From: an uncultured cyanobacterium
GTDB taxonomy: Bacteria > Cyanobacteriota > Cyanobacteriia > Pseudanabaenales > Pseudanabaenaceae
DNA length: 64,000 bases
Assembly: GCA_963703315.1 (NCBI GenBank)
Contig: OY969811.1
Location: forward strand, 928,001 to 992,000
Reading direction: 5' to 3'
Of the stretch, positions 30,608 to 40,013 are shown in pieces. Every line of letters begins with the position of its first letter. Within the stretch, counting starts at the first letter, position 1. A program made the translations under genes and the position numbers. The notes below the pieces were generated by a model that ran no database searches, was not told where the DNA came from, and saw only the letters and a list, made by a program, of their open reading frames with translations.

Positions 30608-31502
30608 GGACTAGCTTCTGCAACCAGTGAATCACTAACGCATTCACAATTTCAGGGCGATCGTCGTGGGGGCAATGCCCTGTATTAGGAATCGGAATTA
30701 CTTGAATATCCTTAGTTTTACTTGCCTCTTCGTAAACCTTTGCTCCATTAATCGGAGTCCAAGGATCAGCATCACCCCACAGAACTAGCAGAGGTTTCTG
30801 CACCTGAGCCAATAGATCAGCAGTACGCGGTCCCGCAGGAGCCGTCAAGATTGAATCAAAGACCTTTTGTGCGCCTTCATCACAGGATGGCTGATAAAGC
30901 ATATCTACTAGTTCATCATCGATCGCCTGATGATTGCGATACACCTGACGTAGAGAATTACGAATATTTCGCTTTTGGCGCACTTGATTAAATACAAATT
31001 TGCCCGTCACGTCAGAGCTAACTAACTTAGCAAACGCACCCATCACCAAGCGCAAAGGTAAATTCAACTCTTCAGGACGATGATTTAAGCCCCCTGCGGC
31101 ATTGAGTAAAACTGCGCCGATCGCGATTTCAGGAGAATTAGCCGTAAGCATCAAGGCAAGTAACGCACCGATGGAATTACCAATAAATATGGCAGGTTGC
31201 TGCACCAATTCGCGATGAAAGTCCTTGAGCAGTTCTTCCCAAAGTTCTAAGGAATAGGCGATCGCAGGTTTTGCTGACCCCCCAAATCCCAACAGATCAA
31301 GGGCAAACACCTGATAGCCCGCCTCAGTCCATGCAGGAATATTCTTCTTCCAGTGACCAATTGATGCACCGAAGCCATGAATTAAAACTAGCGGTGTACC
31401 TGTACCAGTGACAGAATATTTGATTTGATGTCCTTGCCAGATCCAAGTTTGCAAGGGAGATGAGCGGCGATCGCGAGTTTGAGGGTTTTCTGTAGTTAGC
31501 AC
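30603..31502 (-). CDS. alpha/beta fold hydrolase
   Basis: HGFGAS, DLLGFG, GNSIG nucleophile elbow, WG..D, GHCPHD. Confidence 0.9.
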   Translation of the reverse strand: MLTTENPQTRDRRSSPLQTWIWQGHQIKYSVTGTGTPLVLIHGFGASIGHWKKNIPAWTEAGYQVFALDLLGFGGSAKPAIAYSLELWEELLKDFHRELVQQPAIFIGNSIGALLALMLTANSPEIAIGAVLLNAAGGLNHRPEELNLPLRLVMGAFAKLVSSDVTGKFVFNQVRQKRNIRNSLRQVYRNHQAIDDELVDMLYQPSCDEGAQKVFDSILTAPAGPRTADLLAQVQKPLLVLWGDADPWTPINGAKVYEEASKTKDIQVIPIPNTGHCPHDDRPEIVNALVIHWLQKLVQ

Positions 31503-31617
31503 AATAGGTAATTCTCAGCTTATATACATAACAGAATAATTTGTTAATATTTATCTAGAATGATAAAGTACTTGGCTGTCAATAACTAGACTTTAAAATA
31601 CTGAGTGAATAAATGGA

Positions 31618-31803
31618 ATGCCCACTGCTAGCCAGTTAAGCAGCTTATATCGTATCTGCTATCAGCTAACTTATACGATGCTTCAACCTATCCACCTTAT
31701 TTGTGTGGATGAGAGAACCCACAATGTGTATATCCTAGCTGGATATGAGGAAGAGCTAGAGTTTCAAATTTTACCTAATGGAGAGTTTGCAGATGAAAGT
31801 TAA
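31618..31803 (+). CDS. DUF6888-like small protein
   Basis: PT..QL....CY.LT....PI.L...DERT...YILAG....F.I.P.G pattern. Confidence 0.65.
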   Translation: MPTASQLSSLYRICYQLTYTMLQPIHLICVDERTHNVYILAGYEEELEFQILPNGEFADES

Positions 31804-32011
31804 TTATGATTCTATGTCTAAGGCTGAACTGAAGCAATATTTTCTGAAACATCGCGGCGATCGCGCTGCTTTTCATGCTTATTTAGATCGTCTTAATCAG
31901 CGTCCTCTCAGGGTTATTGCTAGTCCTAGCGATCCTAATTTTGATCAGAAAGTACAAGCTGCTATTCGCCAAAGATTGGAATCACAAAAAAATGACGACT
32001 CCTACCACTAA
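31793..32011 (+). CDS. DUF6887-like small protein
   Basis: NY..MS..ELKQY.L.HR.D..AF..Y.DR; overlaps upstream gene by 11 nt. Confidence 0.65.
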   Translation: MKVNYDSMSKAELKQYFLKHRGDRAAFHAYLDRLNQRPLRVIASPSDPNFDQKVQAAIRQRLESQKNDDSYH

Positions 32012-32091
32012 TAAAAGCTACGGCGCTTTGCGCTCAAATCCTGTCACTTGGTTCGGATTTGAGCGCAAAGCGCTGTAAAAGTCAAATCCTG

Positions 32092-32625
32092 TCACTTTTT
32101 ATAGAAAGTTAGGGCGGTTTGTCCGTATTGGCGACGATCGCAACAAACCAACTCTCCCATCACATCAGGTAAAGGACGTAGGCGATCGCTCTCCGCAATG
32201 ACTAGAGCATCTTCTGCAAGCAGATTTGGTAAAGCCTTAAGGACAGGTTCATAGAGATCGCTTTGATAAGGTGGATCGAAATAGACAAGATCGAAAAATT
32301 TCGGTGGTAATTTCGGCAAAATCTTGATCGCATCGCCTTTAATCACTTGCAACTTTTGTTCAGGTTTCGCACATTTCTGCCAATTTTCGTTGATGATGCG
32401 ACAGGCGATCGCGGACAACTCAATCCCCACCACTTGACTAGCACCACGAACGAGAGCCTCTGCTCCCATTGCTCCTGAACCTGCACAAATATCTAACCAA
32501 TTTGCGCCATTGATGCGACTTTGCAGAATATTGAAAACTGCTGCCCTGACTTTGCTAGGGGTGGGACGAGTGGATAGACCTGTCGGTGTTTTGATGGCGC
32601 GATCGCCTTTGATCCGAATAGACAT
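32092..32625 (-). CDS. rsmD: 16S rRNA m2G966 methyltransferase
   Basis: TRPT..KVR.AVFNIL, LD..AGSGA.G.EAL.RGA, DPPY, YGQT. Confidence 0.93.
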   Translation of the reverse strand: MSIRIKGDRAIKTPTGLSTRPTPSKVRAAVFNILQSRINGANWLDICAGSGAMGAEALVRGASQVVGIELSAIACRIINENWQKCAKPEQKLQVIKGDAIKILPKLPPKFFDLVYFDPPYQSDLYEPVLKALPNLLAEDALVIAESDRLRPLPDVMGELVCCDRRQYGQTALTFYKK

Positions 32626-32671
32626 ATTGCAACTATAACGGTTTTTATTTCGCCTACGGCAAAATAAAAAC

Positions 32672-33220
32672 CTAAATTAAATGATTAGAAAAAGATAACC
32701 CCTCAATCTGGTCAATGGGAACCATCCAAATTTTATTTTGATAGGGTCTCCATACCGCACTCATCACATAGTGATTACGAATAGAAATGATGTGAACGTG
32801 AGGAATACCAGAAAACTTCGAGCAGGAGCGTAAAAAATCTAGAGTTCTAATTAAGCGACTATGCAGAAATGTTGCCATTTCATCACTACAGTTTTGCCGC
32901 AACATCGGCACAGCTTGCGGATCGGTGTCACCCCTTAACTCGTAAATAATATGCGTTTTGCCCTTAAAATCAATTTTGCGCGATCGCAATTCCCAGCCAC
33001 ACAGCACCCCAAACCCAATCACAGCCATACCTAAATCGATATGAAAGTCACGCATTTGGAATTTCGTGTTACTACTCATATCTGTATGGGTGTTATAGCC
33101 AGTCCAAGTGTGGAACTTCTCTAAATTATCGTCATTAATATCGACGGCTGAACGATAGGGAGAATTTACAACCCGACTAAGACTGATTTGCGTATTTTCT
33201 GAAGGTGGCTCTGATGTCAT
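32672..33220 (-). CDS. hypothetical protein
   Basis: 182-aa ORF filling the intergenic space; no motif recognised. Confidence 0.6.
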   Translation of the reverse strand: MTSEPPSENTQISLSRVVNSPYRSAVDINDDNLEKFHTWTGYNTHTDMSSNTKFQMRDFHIDLGMAVIGFGVLCGWELRSRKIDFKGKTHIIYELRGDTDPQAVPMLRQNCSDEMATFLHSRLIRTLDFLRSCSKFSGIPHVHIISIRNHYVMSAVWRPYQNKIWMVPIDQIEGLSFSNHLI

Positions 33221-33385
33221 ACTTGTCTCGTGAGTGACAGCACTTATAGGAATTAAGTATTTAAAACTTATGCTATGCCGTTGACCAGCCTAGTACTACT
33301 ATAAGCAGCTTAACATTCTTTGAATTAAGTTCTTAAATTGAATCACTTATTGAATCACTTACAGTTCACAACTGTATAGATACCT

Positions 33386-34492
33386 ATGCATTCTAAAAGT
33401 TCGCTTGGCTACCAACAGTTGCAACCAGATTTTTTGCAGCGTCAGTTATTGCAATATCAGCGTACTTTATTAACCAATATTGGGATTTTAGTCGGATTGG
33501 TGACAATTGGTACCTTTGGCTACCGCCTGATTGAAGGATGGAGTTGGTTTGATTCGCTCTATATGACGATCATTACTCTTGCCACGATTGGTTATGGAGA
33601 AACTAATCCTTTACATCTAAATGGGCGCATATTTACAGTTGTCCTAATTGTGATGGGGGTTGTTAGCATTAGTTATATTGCGGCTCATTTTACAGCCGCG
33701 ATCGCCAATGGTCATATTTACAATATTTTTCAGGCAAGACGGTTACGCAAAGTTATGCAGGCATTAGATGAACATTACATAGTTTGTGGATTTGGGCGCA
33801 CAGGGCGACAGGTTACTGCCGAATTTGCGGCGGAGGGAAGTATCTCGTTTGTGGTGATTGATAGCGATCCTGTGATGATTGCACAGGCAGAACAGTCTGG
33901 TTATCTGGCGGTGCAAGGGGATGCAGCGCTGGATCAAACCTTATTTTTGGCAGGTATCGATCGCGCCATTTGCATTGTGGCAGCTTTACCATCGGATGCC
34001 GAAAATCTCTATACGGTGTTGTCCGCCAAAACCCTAAATCCCGAAATTCGAGCGATCGCCAGAGCCAGTACCGAAGAAGCGATGCAAAAGTTACGCCGAG
34101 GTGGAGCCGATGAGGTGATCTCGCCATACATTACAGGGGGTAAACGCATGGCGGCAGTGGCTCTGCGCCCACAGGTGATGGACTTTGTGGATGGGATTAT
34201 TGCTGGGGAAAATCGTTCTTTTTATATTGAGGAATATCGGATTGACGATTCGAGCTATGTGGGAATTTCGTTAAAGAAAGCAAGTTTGCGATCGCAGACG
34301 GGAGTTTTAGTATTGGCAATCCGCCGCGCTGATGGTCATGTGATTGCAGGTCCCGATGGCAATACTGAAATTTTGCAAGGTGATGTCTTAATTTCGATGG
34401 GAACGCCTGAGCAATTAAGAGCTTTAAATCAAATCTTAAGTCCGATTTCTAAGCAGCCCAATATTTTACGTTTACCACGCCTTAAGTCTTAA
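33386..34492 (+). CDS. potassium channel protein with TrkA-N/TrkA-C (RCK) domains
   Basis: TLATIGYGE selectivity filter; VCGFGRTG. Confidence 0.92.
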   Translation: MHSKSSLGYQQLQPDFLQRQLLQYQRTLLTNIGILVGLVTIGTFGYRLIEGWSWFDSLYMTIITLATIGYGETNPLHLNGRIFTVVLIVMGVVSISYIAAHFTAAIANGHIYNIFQARRLRKVMQALDEHYIVCGFGRTGRQVTAEFAAEGSISFVVIDSDPVMIAQAEQSGYLAVQGDAALDQTLFLAGIDRAICIVAALPSDAENLYTVLSAKTLNPEIRAIARASTEEAMQKLRRGGADEVISPYITGGKRMAAVALRPQVMDFVDGIIAGENRSFYIEEYRIDDSSYVGISLKKASLRSQTGVLVLAIRRADGHVIAGPDGNTEILQGDVLISMGTPEQLRALNQILSPISKQPNILRLPRLKS

Positions 34493-34509
34493 AGAATACT
34501 TAGAAAATA

Positions 34510-35286
34510 ATGGTTGTGGATTTCATTTCTCCATCACGGTTACTGCAAAATGCGATCGCTGATGCGATTAGTTCCGTATTTGAAATTGCAATTAGTCCTT
34601 ACAAAATCCCGATTACTATTGGCTATCCCAAATACGATGCTCATTACACATCAACAATCGCCCTAGCAATTTCCCATTCTGTAAATCGATATCCTTTACA
34701 AATTGCGGAAGCGATCGCCCAAACCTGTTCACAAAATTTAGCCATATCCTCAAAGTTACAGATTCAAGCCTTTGGCAAAGGTTGGCTAAATATCTATTTA
34801 AGTCAGGAATATATCACTGAAAGTTTACTTGCTCTAAACGAGTGGCAAATTGAAGGAATTGCCGAGCGTGATGGATTTTGGCAAAAATGCGATTTTTCTC
34901 CAAATTCCAATAAAAGTTCACCTGAGTTAATCTTGCAATATGCTTATGCCCGTTGCTGTGCCTTAATGCGATTAGCCTATAACAGTGATTCTCAGCCTTC
35001 GGTGGGGAATCACTCTAGCGTTTTAGAACCTGCGGAAGTTAGTCTATTACTGCAAAACTTCGCGATCGCAGCTTATTTAGAAAGTGAGAATTCTCTAGAT
35101 AGTCATCCATCAAGAATGAAGTTATCGCGATCGCTTGCCGAGACTTTTTTGCATTTTTATGATCACTGTCGAATTTTTGGAGTAGACCGAGAAATAGCTC
35201 TCAGACGATTATCCATAATTAGAGTTACGCAGAAAATGTTATTTGCGATCGCTCCACCCGAAATTAATTATGAAATGTACCTGTAA
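34510..35286 (+). CDS. ArgRS-derived DALR anticodon-binding domain protein
   Basis: Y.S.IAL..S, GWLNI, LQYAYARCC.L, F..FYD.CRIFG; no HIGH catalytic domain. Confidence 0.8.
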   Translation: MVVDFISPSRLLQNAIADAISSVFEIAISPYKIPITIGYPKYDAHYTSTIALAISHSVNRYPLQIAEAIAQTCSQNLAISSKLQIQAFGKGWLNIYLSQEYITESLLALNEWQIEGIAERDGFWQKCDFSPNSNKSSPELILQYAYARCCALMRLAYNSDSQPSVGNHSSVLEPAEVSLLLQNFAIAAYLESENSLDSHPSRMKLSRSLAETFLHFYDHCRIFGVDREIALRRLSIIRVTQKMLFAIAPPEINYEMYL

Positions 35287-35320
35287 ATGAGAGTTGACGC
35301 AAAGCGTCAACTCTCATTTA
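35284..35320. terminator. bidirectional hairpin carrying both stop codons
   Basis: TAAATGAGAGTTGACGC-AAA-GCGTCAACTCTCATTTA. Confidence 0.75.
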
Positions 35321-36384
35321 AAAATTAACATGGCATCGCCAAAGGAATAAAAGCGATATTCCTTGTCGATCGCCTCTTGATAGACGGACATTAAAAATTC
35401 GCGCCCATCTTCGCCTAAAAATGAGGACACCATCATTAACAAGGTTGACTTGGGCAAATGGAAATTAGTAATCATCGCATCCAGCACTTTCCACTCATAA
35501 CTGGGATAAATCATTAAATTCGTTTTCCCCTTAAAAGCTTGAAAATTGGAGCTTTCTAGCGATCGCGCCACCGTACTACCCACCCCAATGACGCGACCAC
35601 CCCGCGCTTTGGTTTCCTTGATTTTGGCGATCGTCTCCTCTGGCACTTCGCACCACTCGTTATGCATAATGTGCTGCGTGATGTCCTCCGTCTCTACAGG
35701 GCGGAATGTGCCAATCCCAACGTGCAGAGTCACAAAGGCTTTATCAATACCTTTGTCCGCTAATTTTTGAAATAGCGACTCGGTAAAATGCAACCCTGCC
35801 GTTGGTGCAGCGATCGCCCCAGAAATCTCCGCGTAAATAGTTTGATAGCGATCAGGATCAGCATGGGAATCGGTGACATAGGGCGGCAATGGCAGCTTGC
35901 CCAATTGCTGAATGATTTTGTCAAGGTCAGCGTCCGCAGGAATGTGAAACTGCAATTCTCGCGCCCTTGTGGTGGTCTCAATGCCTTCTACCGTCGCCTT
36001 GACGTTTTCGGCAAATACAATTGTGCTACCAATGGGCAGACGTTTCCCCGGCTTGACTAAGGCTAACCAGCGATCATTGCCTAGCGGCTCCATCAGCAAG
36101 ATCTCCACAGGAACCCCTGATAGCTTCTGCCCGTACATCCTTGCAGGAATAACTTTGGTGTTATTAAAAACGATCAAATCTCCCGATTTCAGGAATTTTG
36201 GCAGATCGTAAAAATGGTGATGCTGTACTTGGCGATCTAAAGGGCGATCGCTACCGATTACCAACAGTCGCGATGTATCCCTTGGTGTAACTGGATCTTG
36301 AGCTATGCGATCGCTTGGCAATTCATAGTCATAGGCGCTTAATGCATAATCAGGCGCAAGTTCATTGGTAGGCGATGAAGTCAT
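35314..36384 (-). CDS. queA: S-adenosylmethionine:tRNA ribosyltransferase-isomerase
   Basis: YDYELP..IAQ.P, NNTKVIPAR, PLPPY, RYQT, AAPTAGLHF, TNFHLPKS, YRFYSFGDAM. Confidence 0.97.
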   Translation of the reverse strand: MTSSPTNELAPDYALSAYDYELPSDRIAQDPVTPRDTSRLLVIGSDRPLDRQVQHHHFYDLPKFLKSGDLIVFNNTKVIPARMYGQKLSGVPVEILLMEPLGNDRWLALVKPGKRLPIGSTIVFAENVKATVEGIETTTRARELQFHIPADADLDKIIQQLGKLPLPPYVTDSHADPDRYQTIYAEISGAIAAPTAGLHFTESLFQKLADKGIDKAFVTLHVGIGTFRPVETEDITQHIMHNEWCEVPEETIAKIKETKARGGRVIGVGSTVARSLESSNFQAFKGKTNLMIYPSYEWKVLDAMITNFHLPKSTLLMMVSSFLGEDGREFLMSVYQEAIDKEYRFYSFGDAMLIFK

Positions 36385-36475
36385 AGATAAAGTTACAAAA
36401 AAGTGACACTCTGGGATGTTGGCACTACCTAACAATTTGCAGTACTTATCTAAGTGTTTGATAAAAAGGGACTAG

Positions 36476-36504
36476 TTGACAAAAAAATATAAGAAATTTT
36501 ATAT
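36476..36504 (+). promoter_or_regulatory. putative sigma70 promoter
   Basis: TTGACA-17 nt-TTATAT upstream of the small ORF at 36618. Confidence 0.4.
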
Positions 36505-36617
36505 ACCAATCGCGGAAACAGTGGTATACAGATGGCAGCAGCAATATATGCCTTGTGTGATCCACTTTGCATATAGTGCGATCGCTTTTAAACCTTAGAT
36601 ATTTTAACGAGGAGTTT

Positions 36618-36818
36618 ATGCAGTATTTAATGACAGACCTTCACCAACGCTTTATTGGTGCATTGCACTACAACAAGCCTCTGGCTGTAGGCGATGTATT
36701 TCGCGCTGACAATACTAAAACTTATACAGTTGTCAGCATTAACGACACTCGCGACAAGAGCAAAAATGTCAAATCCGTAACCGTGATTCCTGTACGTGAA
36801 ACAGTCAGCGCTCACTAA
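36618..36818 (+). CDS. hypothetical 66-aa protein
   Basis: strong SD (GAGGAG) before ATG; beta-rich sequence. Confidence 0.65.
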   Translation: MQYLMTDLHQRFIGALHYNKPLAVGDVFRADNTKTYTVVSINDTRDKSKNVKSVTVIPVRETVSAH

Positions 36819-36825
36819 CGTGCCA

Positions 36826-37008
36826 ATGAGTTGGCTTGTTAAGCAATTGGTTCTTAACTTTTCTCTTGATGGTCTATTGACATTAATCAACAAAGCTCAA
36901 AATATTAGCTCAAACCGCTATTTACAAATATTGCAAGCACACAGTAAGTCTGAGAAATCACCATATATGCAATCTGAGAGACTTATAGAAGCTGTCATTA
37001 ATACATAA
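36826..37008 (+). CDS. possible hypothetical 60-aa protein
   Basis: ATG 7 nt after the previous stop; no motif. Confidence 0.3.
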   Translation: MSWLVKQLVLNFSLDGLLTLINKAQNISSNRYLQILQAHSKSEKSPYMQSERLIEAVINT

Positions 37009-37060
37009 ATAATCAACGAGTATTTCTTTACTTCTCCACAGATATCGCAAGAATTAGTTT

Positions 37061-37161
37061 AAAAACAAAAGGGAGAGCAATGCTCTCCCTTTTGTTTTTG
37101 TGATTGCTAAAAGCCAAAGAGATTTGTGGCACTTCGTGCCACAAATCTCTTTGGCTTTTAG
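37061..37161. terminator. two tandem perfect hairpins
   Basis: AAAAACAAAAGGGAGAGC-AAT-GCTCTCCCTTTTGTTTTT and CTAAAAGCCAAAGAGATTTGTGGCAC-TTC-GTGCCACAAATCTCTTTGGCTTTTAG. Confidence 0.75.
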
Positions 37162-37910
37162 ATGAGAATTATGCCATTTCTGAGATTGCTTAAAGAAGAT
37201 GCATCAATTGCATTACCTCTTAAATCAAGGCGTGTCAGATTTTTAAGATTAGCAAATTCTGGTGGTAAAGTTGTTATCTGATTGTAGGATAAATCTAGTT
37301 CTGTCAGGTTTTTAAGATTGCCAATTTCCGCAGGAATATCATGCAGTTGATTATTGCCAAGATATAAATCAGTTAAACTTGTGAGATATCCAATCTCCTC
37401 TGGCAAGACAGTTAAGTGGTTATTTCGTAAATCTAATTCTGTCAAATTAGTAAGATAGGCAATTTCTAAAGGTAGACTTTCAAGTTGATTTTCACTGACA
37501 TCCAGCCATGTTAAAAACTTGAGTAATCCAATCTCAGGTGGCAAAGTTTTTAAGTAATTATTGTTAATATCAAGTCTTGCTAAACCTGATAATTTTTCGA
37601 TTTCTGGGGGCAAACTGGCAATGTGATTTTCTGCTAGATTTAACACAGTAAGATTCTTTAGCTGCGTTACTGGTGCTGGAATTGTAGACAATTGATTGGA
37701 TTCTAAATGGAGCCAAGTTAGTCTTCGTAAATTTGCGATCGCCTCTGGTAACGAAGTTAGATTGTTTTCACTCAGGTACAGCCAAACTAAATTTGTTAGT
37801 TTACCAATCTCCTCAGGAACTGACTCTAGTTGCAGTTCACTAAGGTAAAGAGATGTTTCTTCAGAGATATTGGCGTTTTCAATTGTCTCAAGGATTTCCT
37901 GTTCATTCAT
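37158..37910 (-). CDS. leucine-rich repeat protein
   Basis: about 9 repeats of 23 aa, LxxLxLxxNxLxxLPxEIxxLxx. Confidence 0.92.
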   Translation of the reverse strand: MNEQEILETIENANISEETSLYLSELQLESVPEEIGKLTNLVWLYLSENNLTSLPEAIANLRRLTWLHLESNQLSTIPAPVTQLKNLTVLNLAENHIASLPPEIEKLSGLARLDINNNYLKTLPPEIGLLKFLTWLDVSENQLESLPLEIAYLTNLTELDLRNNHLTVLPEEIGYLTSLTDLYLGNNQLHDIPAEIGNLKNLTELDLSYNQITTLPPEFANLKNLTRLDLRGNAIDASSLSNLRNGIILI

Positions 37911-37931
37911 TTTGCTGTCCAGTTGGTATTT

Positions 37932-38759
37932 ATGGTACTTAGGGTACAGATTGATAACTATTGGCTTACATATTACCTAGAGGGTAACTCCCGACTTCCT
38001 GCAATTTTGTTTTTGCATGGATTCATGGGCGATCGCTTTGAATTTAAATCAGTAATCTCTGATTTATCTAAACAATTTTACTGCATAGCGATCAATTTGC
38101 TAGGGCATGGTCAGACTAAAGCAATTGATCACAAAACTGAACAAGATGATGACTACACAATTCAGTCCACTGCTAATTTTATTGTCAAATTTTTGGATGT
38201 ACTTCATGTGGAGCGTTGCTTTTTAGTAGGCTACTCTATGGGCGGAAGGCTAGCTTTATATTTAGCAATCCATTTCCCACAATATTTTGACAAGGTGGTT
38301 CTAGAATCTGCCTCTGCGGGTTTACAAACTGATACAGCAAGAAGCGATCGCCTAGTTAAAGATCAACAACTTGCGACTAAGTTAGTAAATAGTGATTTTT
38401 GTACATTTCTTGAAAATTGGTATCAACAACCAATTTTTGCAAACTTGCGATCGCATCCAAATTTTGCCCAGATGCTAGAGCAGAGGTTAAATAATTCATC
38501 AGTTCAATTAGCAAAATCTTTACGCAATCTCAGTACAGGAAAGCAGCCATCATTGTGGGAAAAGCTATCGGAGAATGAGATTCCCTTACTTTTAATTGCA
38601 GGGGAGTTAGATCTTAAGTTCGTGCAAATCAATCAACAGATGCAACAACGATGTCCAGCCTCAAAATTAGAAATAATACCCAACTGTGGTCATAATACCC
38701 ATTTCGAGAATCCTGATTTATTCGTTCAAAAGCTGCAAGATTTTTTCTGCAATAAGTAG
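37932..38759 (+). CDS. menH: SHCHC synthase
   Basis: FLHGFMG, GYSMGGR.AL, LESAS.GL, R...D, WYQQP.F, GHN.H.ENP. Confidence 0.9.
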   Translation: MVLRVQIDNYWLTYYLEGNSRLPAILFLHGFMGDRFEFKSVISDLSKQFYCIAINLLGHGQTKAIDHKTEQDDDYTIQSTANFIVKFLDVLHVERCFLVGYSMGGRLALYLAIHFPQYFDKVVLESASAGLQTDTARSDRLVKDQQLATKLVNSDFCTFLENWYQQPIFANLRSHPNFAQMLEQRLNNSSVQLAKSLRNLSTGKQPSLWEKLSENEIPLLLIAGELDLKFVQINQQMQQRCPASKLEIIPNCGHNTHFENPDLFVQKLQDFFCNK

Positions 38760-38811
38760 CGGGGCGCAAGCTTGTTAAACAAAAAAGAGGCGCTTTGCGC
38801 CTCTTTTTTGT

Positions 38812-39648
38812 TTAACAAGCTTCAGCTTCTAGAACACAGCGTAAAGTTGATAAGCCTTTTTTGAGTTGGCGGGAGATGGTCACAGCGCTTACGCCTAACA
38901 TTTTGGCGACTTCCCTTTGAGGTAAATCTTCAATAAAGACAAATTCGACAATTTCTCTAGTGCGTTGCTCTAATAGCAATAGAGCTTGATGCAAACGAAA
39001 CTTCTCATCCTGTTGTAATTGCATATTGCTTTTAGGATCAGCAACGAGATCACCAATAGAAGCGGAATCTTCTTCTTCCGAACGGATCGGCGCATCTAAA
39101 CTTAAAGGAGCGCGATTTTGACAGGCGAGTTTGGCTTCTTGCCATTCGCTGAGAGTCACGCCAAGAGCATTAGCAACTTCCTGTGCTGAGGGTTCTCTTT
39201 GTAAAGTATTGCGTAACTTTTGCATCACTCGTACTGATTGCTGTTGTAAATCCATCCAACGACGAGGAATGCGTACTGAAGAATTTTTATCACGAAGATA
39301 ATGTTGAATTTCGCCGCGAATGTAGCGTACGGCGAAAGAACTAAAGGCATAACCGCGATTTAGCTCAAAGCGATCAACTGCACCAATTAAACCTAGTGAC
39401 CCCACCTGTAATAAATCGTCATATAGCTCAGAGTGACGCTCTGCCCAAAAACCAACTTCTTTTTTGACTAGACCGATATTTAATCGTACAAGGCGATCGC
39501 GTAGGTATGCCGATGGTGCTTTGCGATATTGCTTAAGTAGTTCGAGGGTAGTGGTTTTGTCTGCTGCCGAAAACTCACGCACTTTATGGGTAGTGATACT
39601 CGATTGATGAGAAATATCGGATGGGAGCGCGAGTGTTTCGGTGGTCAT
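38812..39648 (-). CDS. sigF: RNA polymerase sigma factor SigF
   Basis: LN.GLV.KE, DLLQVG.LGLI.A..RF, YIRGEIQHYLRDK, RIPRRW, GVSAVTISR. Confidence 0.9.
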   Translation of the reverse strand: MTTETLALPSDISHQSSITTHKVREFSAADKTTTLELLKQYRKAPSAYLRDRLVRLNIGLVKKEVGFWAERHSELYDDLLQVGSLGLIGAVDRFELNRGYAFSSFAVRYIRGEIQHYLRDKNSSVRIPRRWMDLQQQSVRVMQKLRNTLQREPSAQEVANALGVTLSEWQEAKLACQNRAPLSLDAPIRSEEEDSASIGDLVADPKSNMQLQQDEKFRLHQALLLLEQRTREIVEFVFIEDLPQREVAKMLGVSAVTISRQLKKGLSTLRCVLEAEAC

Positions 39649-39842
39649 AGTTTTGCCCTGAACTAATCAAGCTTGCTAATTAAATCATTTAAAACGTTAT
39701 TTGTTTCGATGTACTTAGATTATTTGTTTTAGGGGCGATCGTCACCTTGCAGGTTGTTAGGGATTATCAAATCCAAAAATCGAGAAACACCTAACAGGTT
39801 GTTAGGTGTTTCTGAAAAACAGGTAGTAGCCTTGCACTGCTA

Positions 39843-39978
39843 AGTATCTAGGCGCAATTAAATATAAAACCCCAAAACCTGTGGCGCACGCTGCGCGTGC
39901 GCCACAGGTTTTGGCTCTAGTTTTTAAAAAAGAGCCAATTTTTGATGACGCGGCTTCGCCGCGTCATCAAAAATTGGT
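39843..39978. mobile_element. truncated MITE family A copy followed by a perfect hairpin
   Basis: reverse-oriented match to 19650-19749; then CCAATTTTTGATGACGCGGC-TTC-GCCGCGTCATCAAAAATTGG. Confidence 0.65.
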
Positions 39979-40013
39979 TTGAGAGACAATCTTGTGGATA
40001 ATGAGATTGCTCA

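Noticed and set aside
37158..37910. LRR gene as a truncated Roco/COR pseudogene
   Set aside because: ORF is intact with start, stop and terminator; no Roc/COR remnant downstream.
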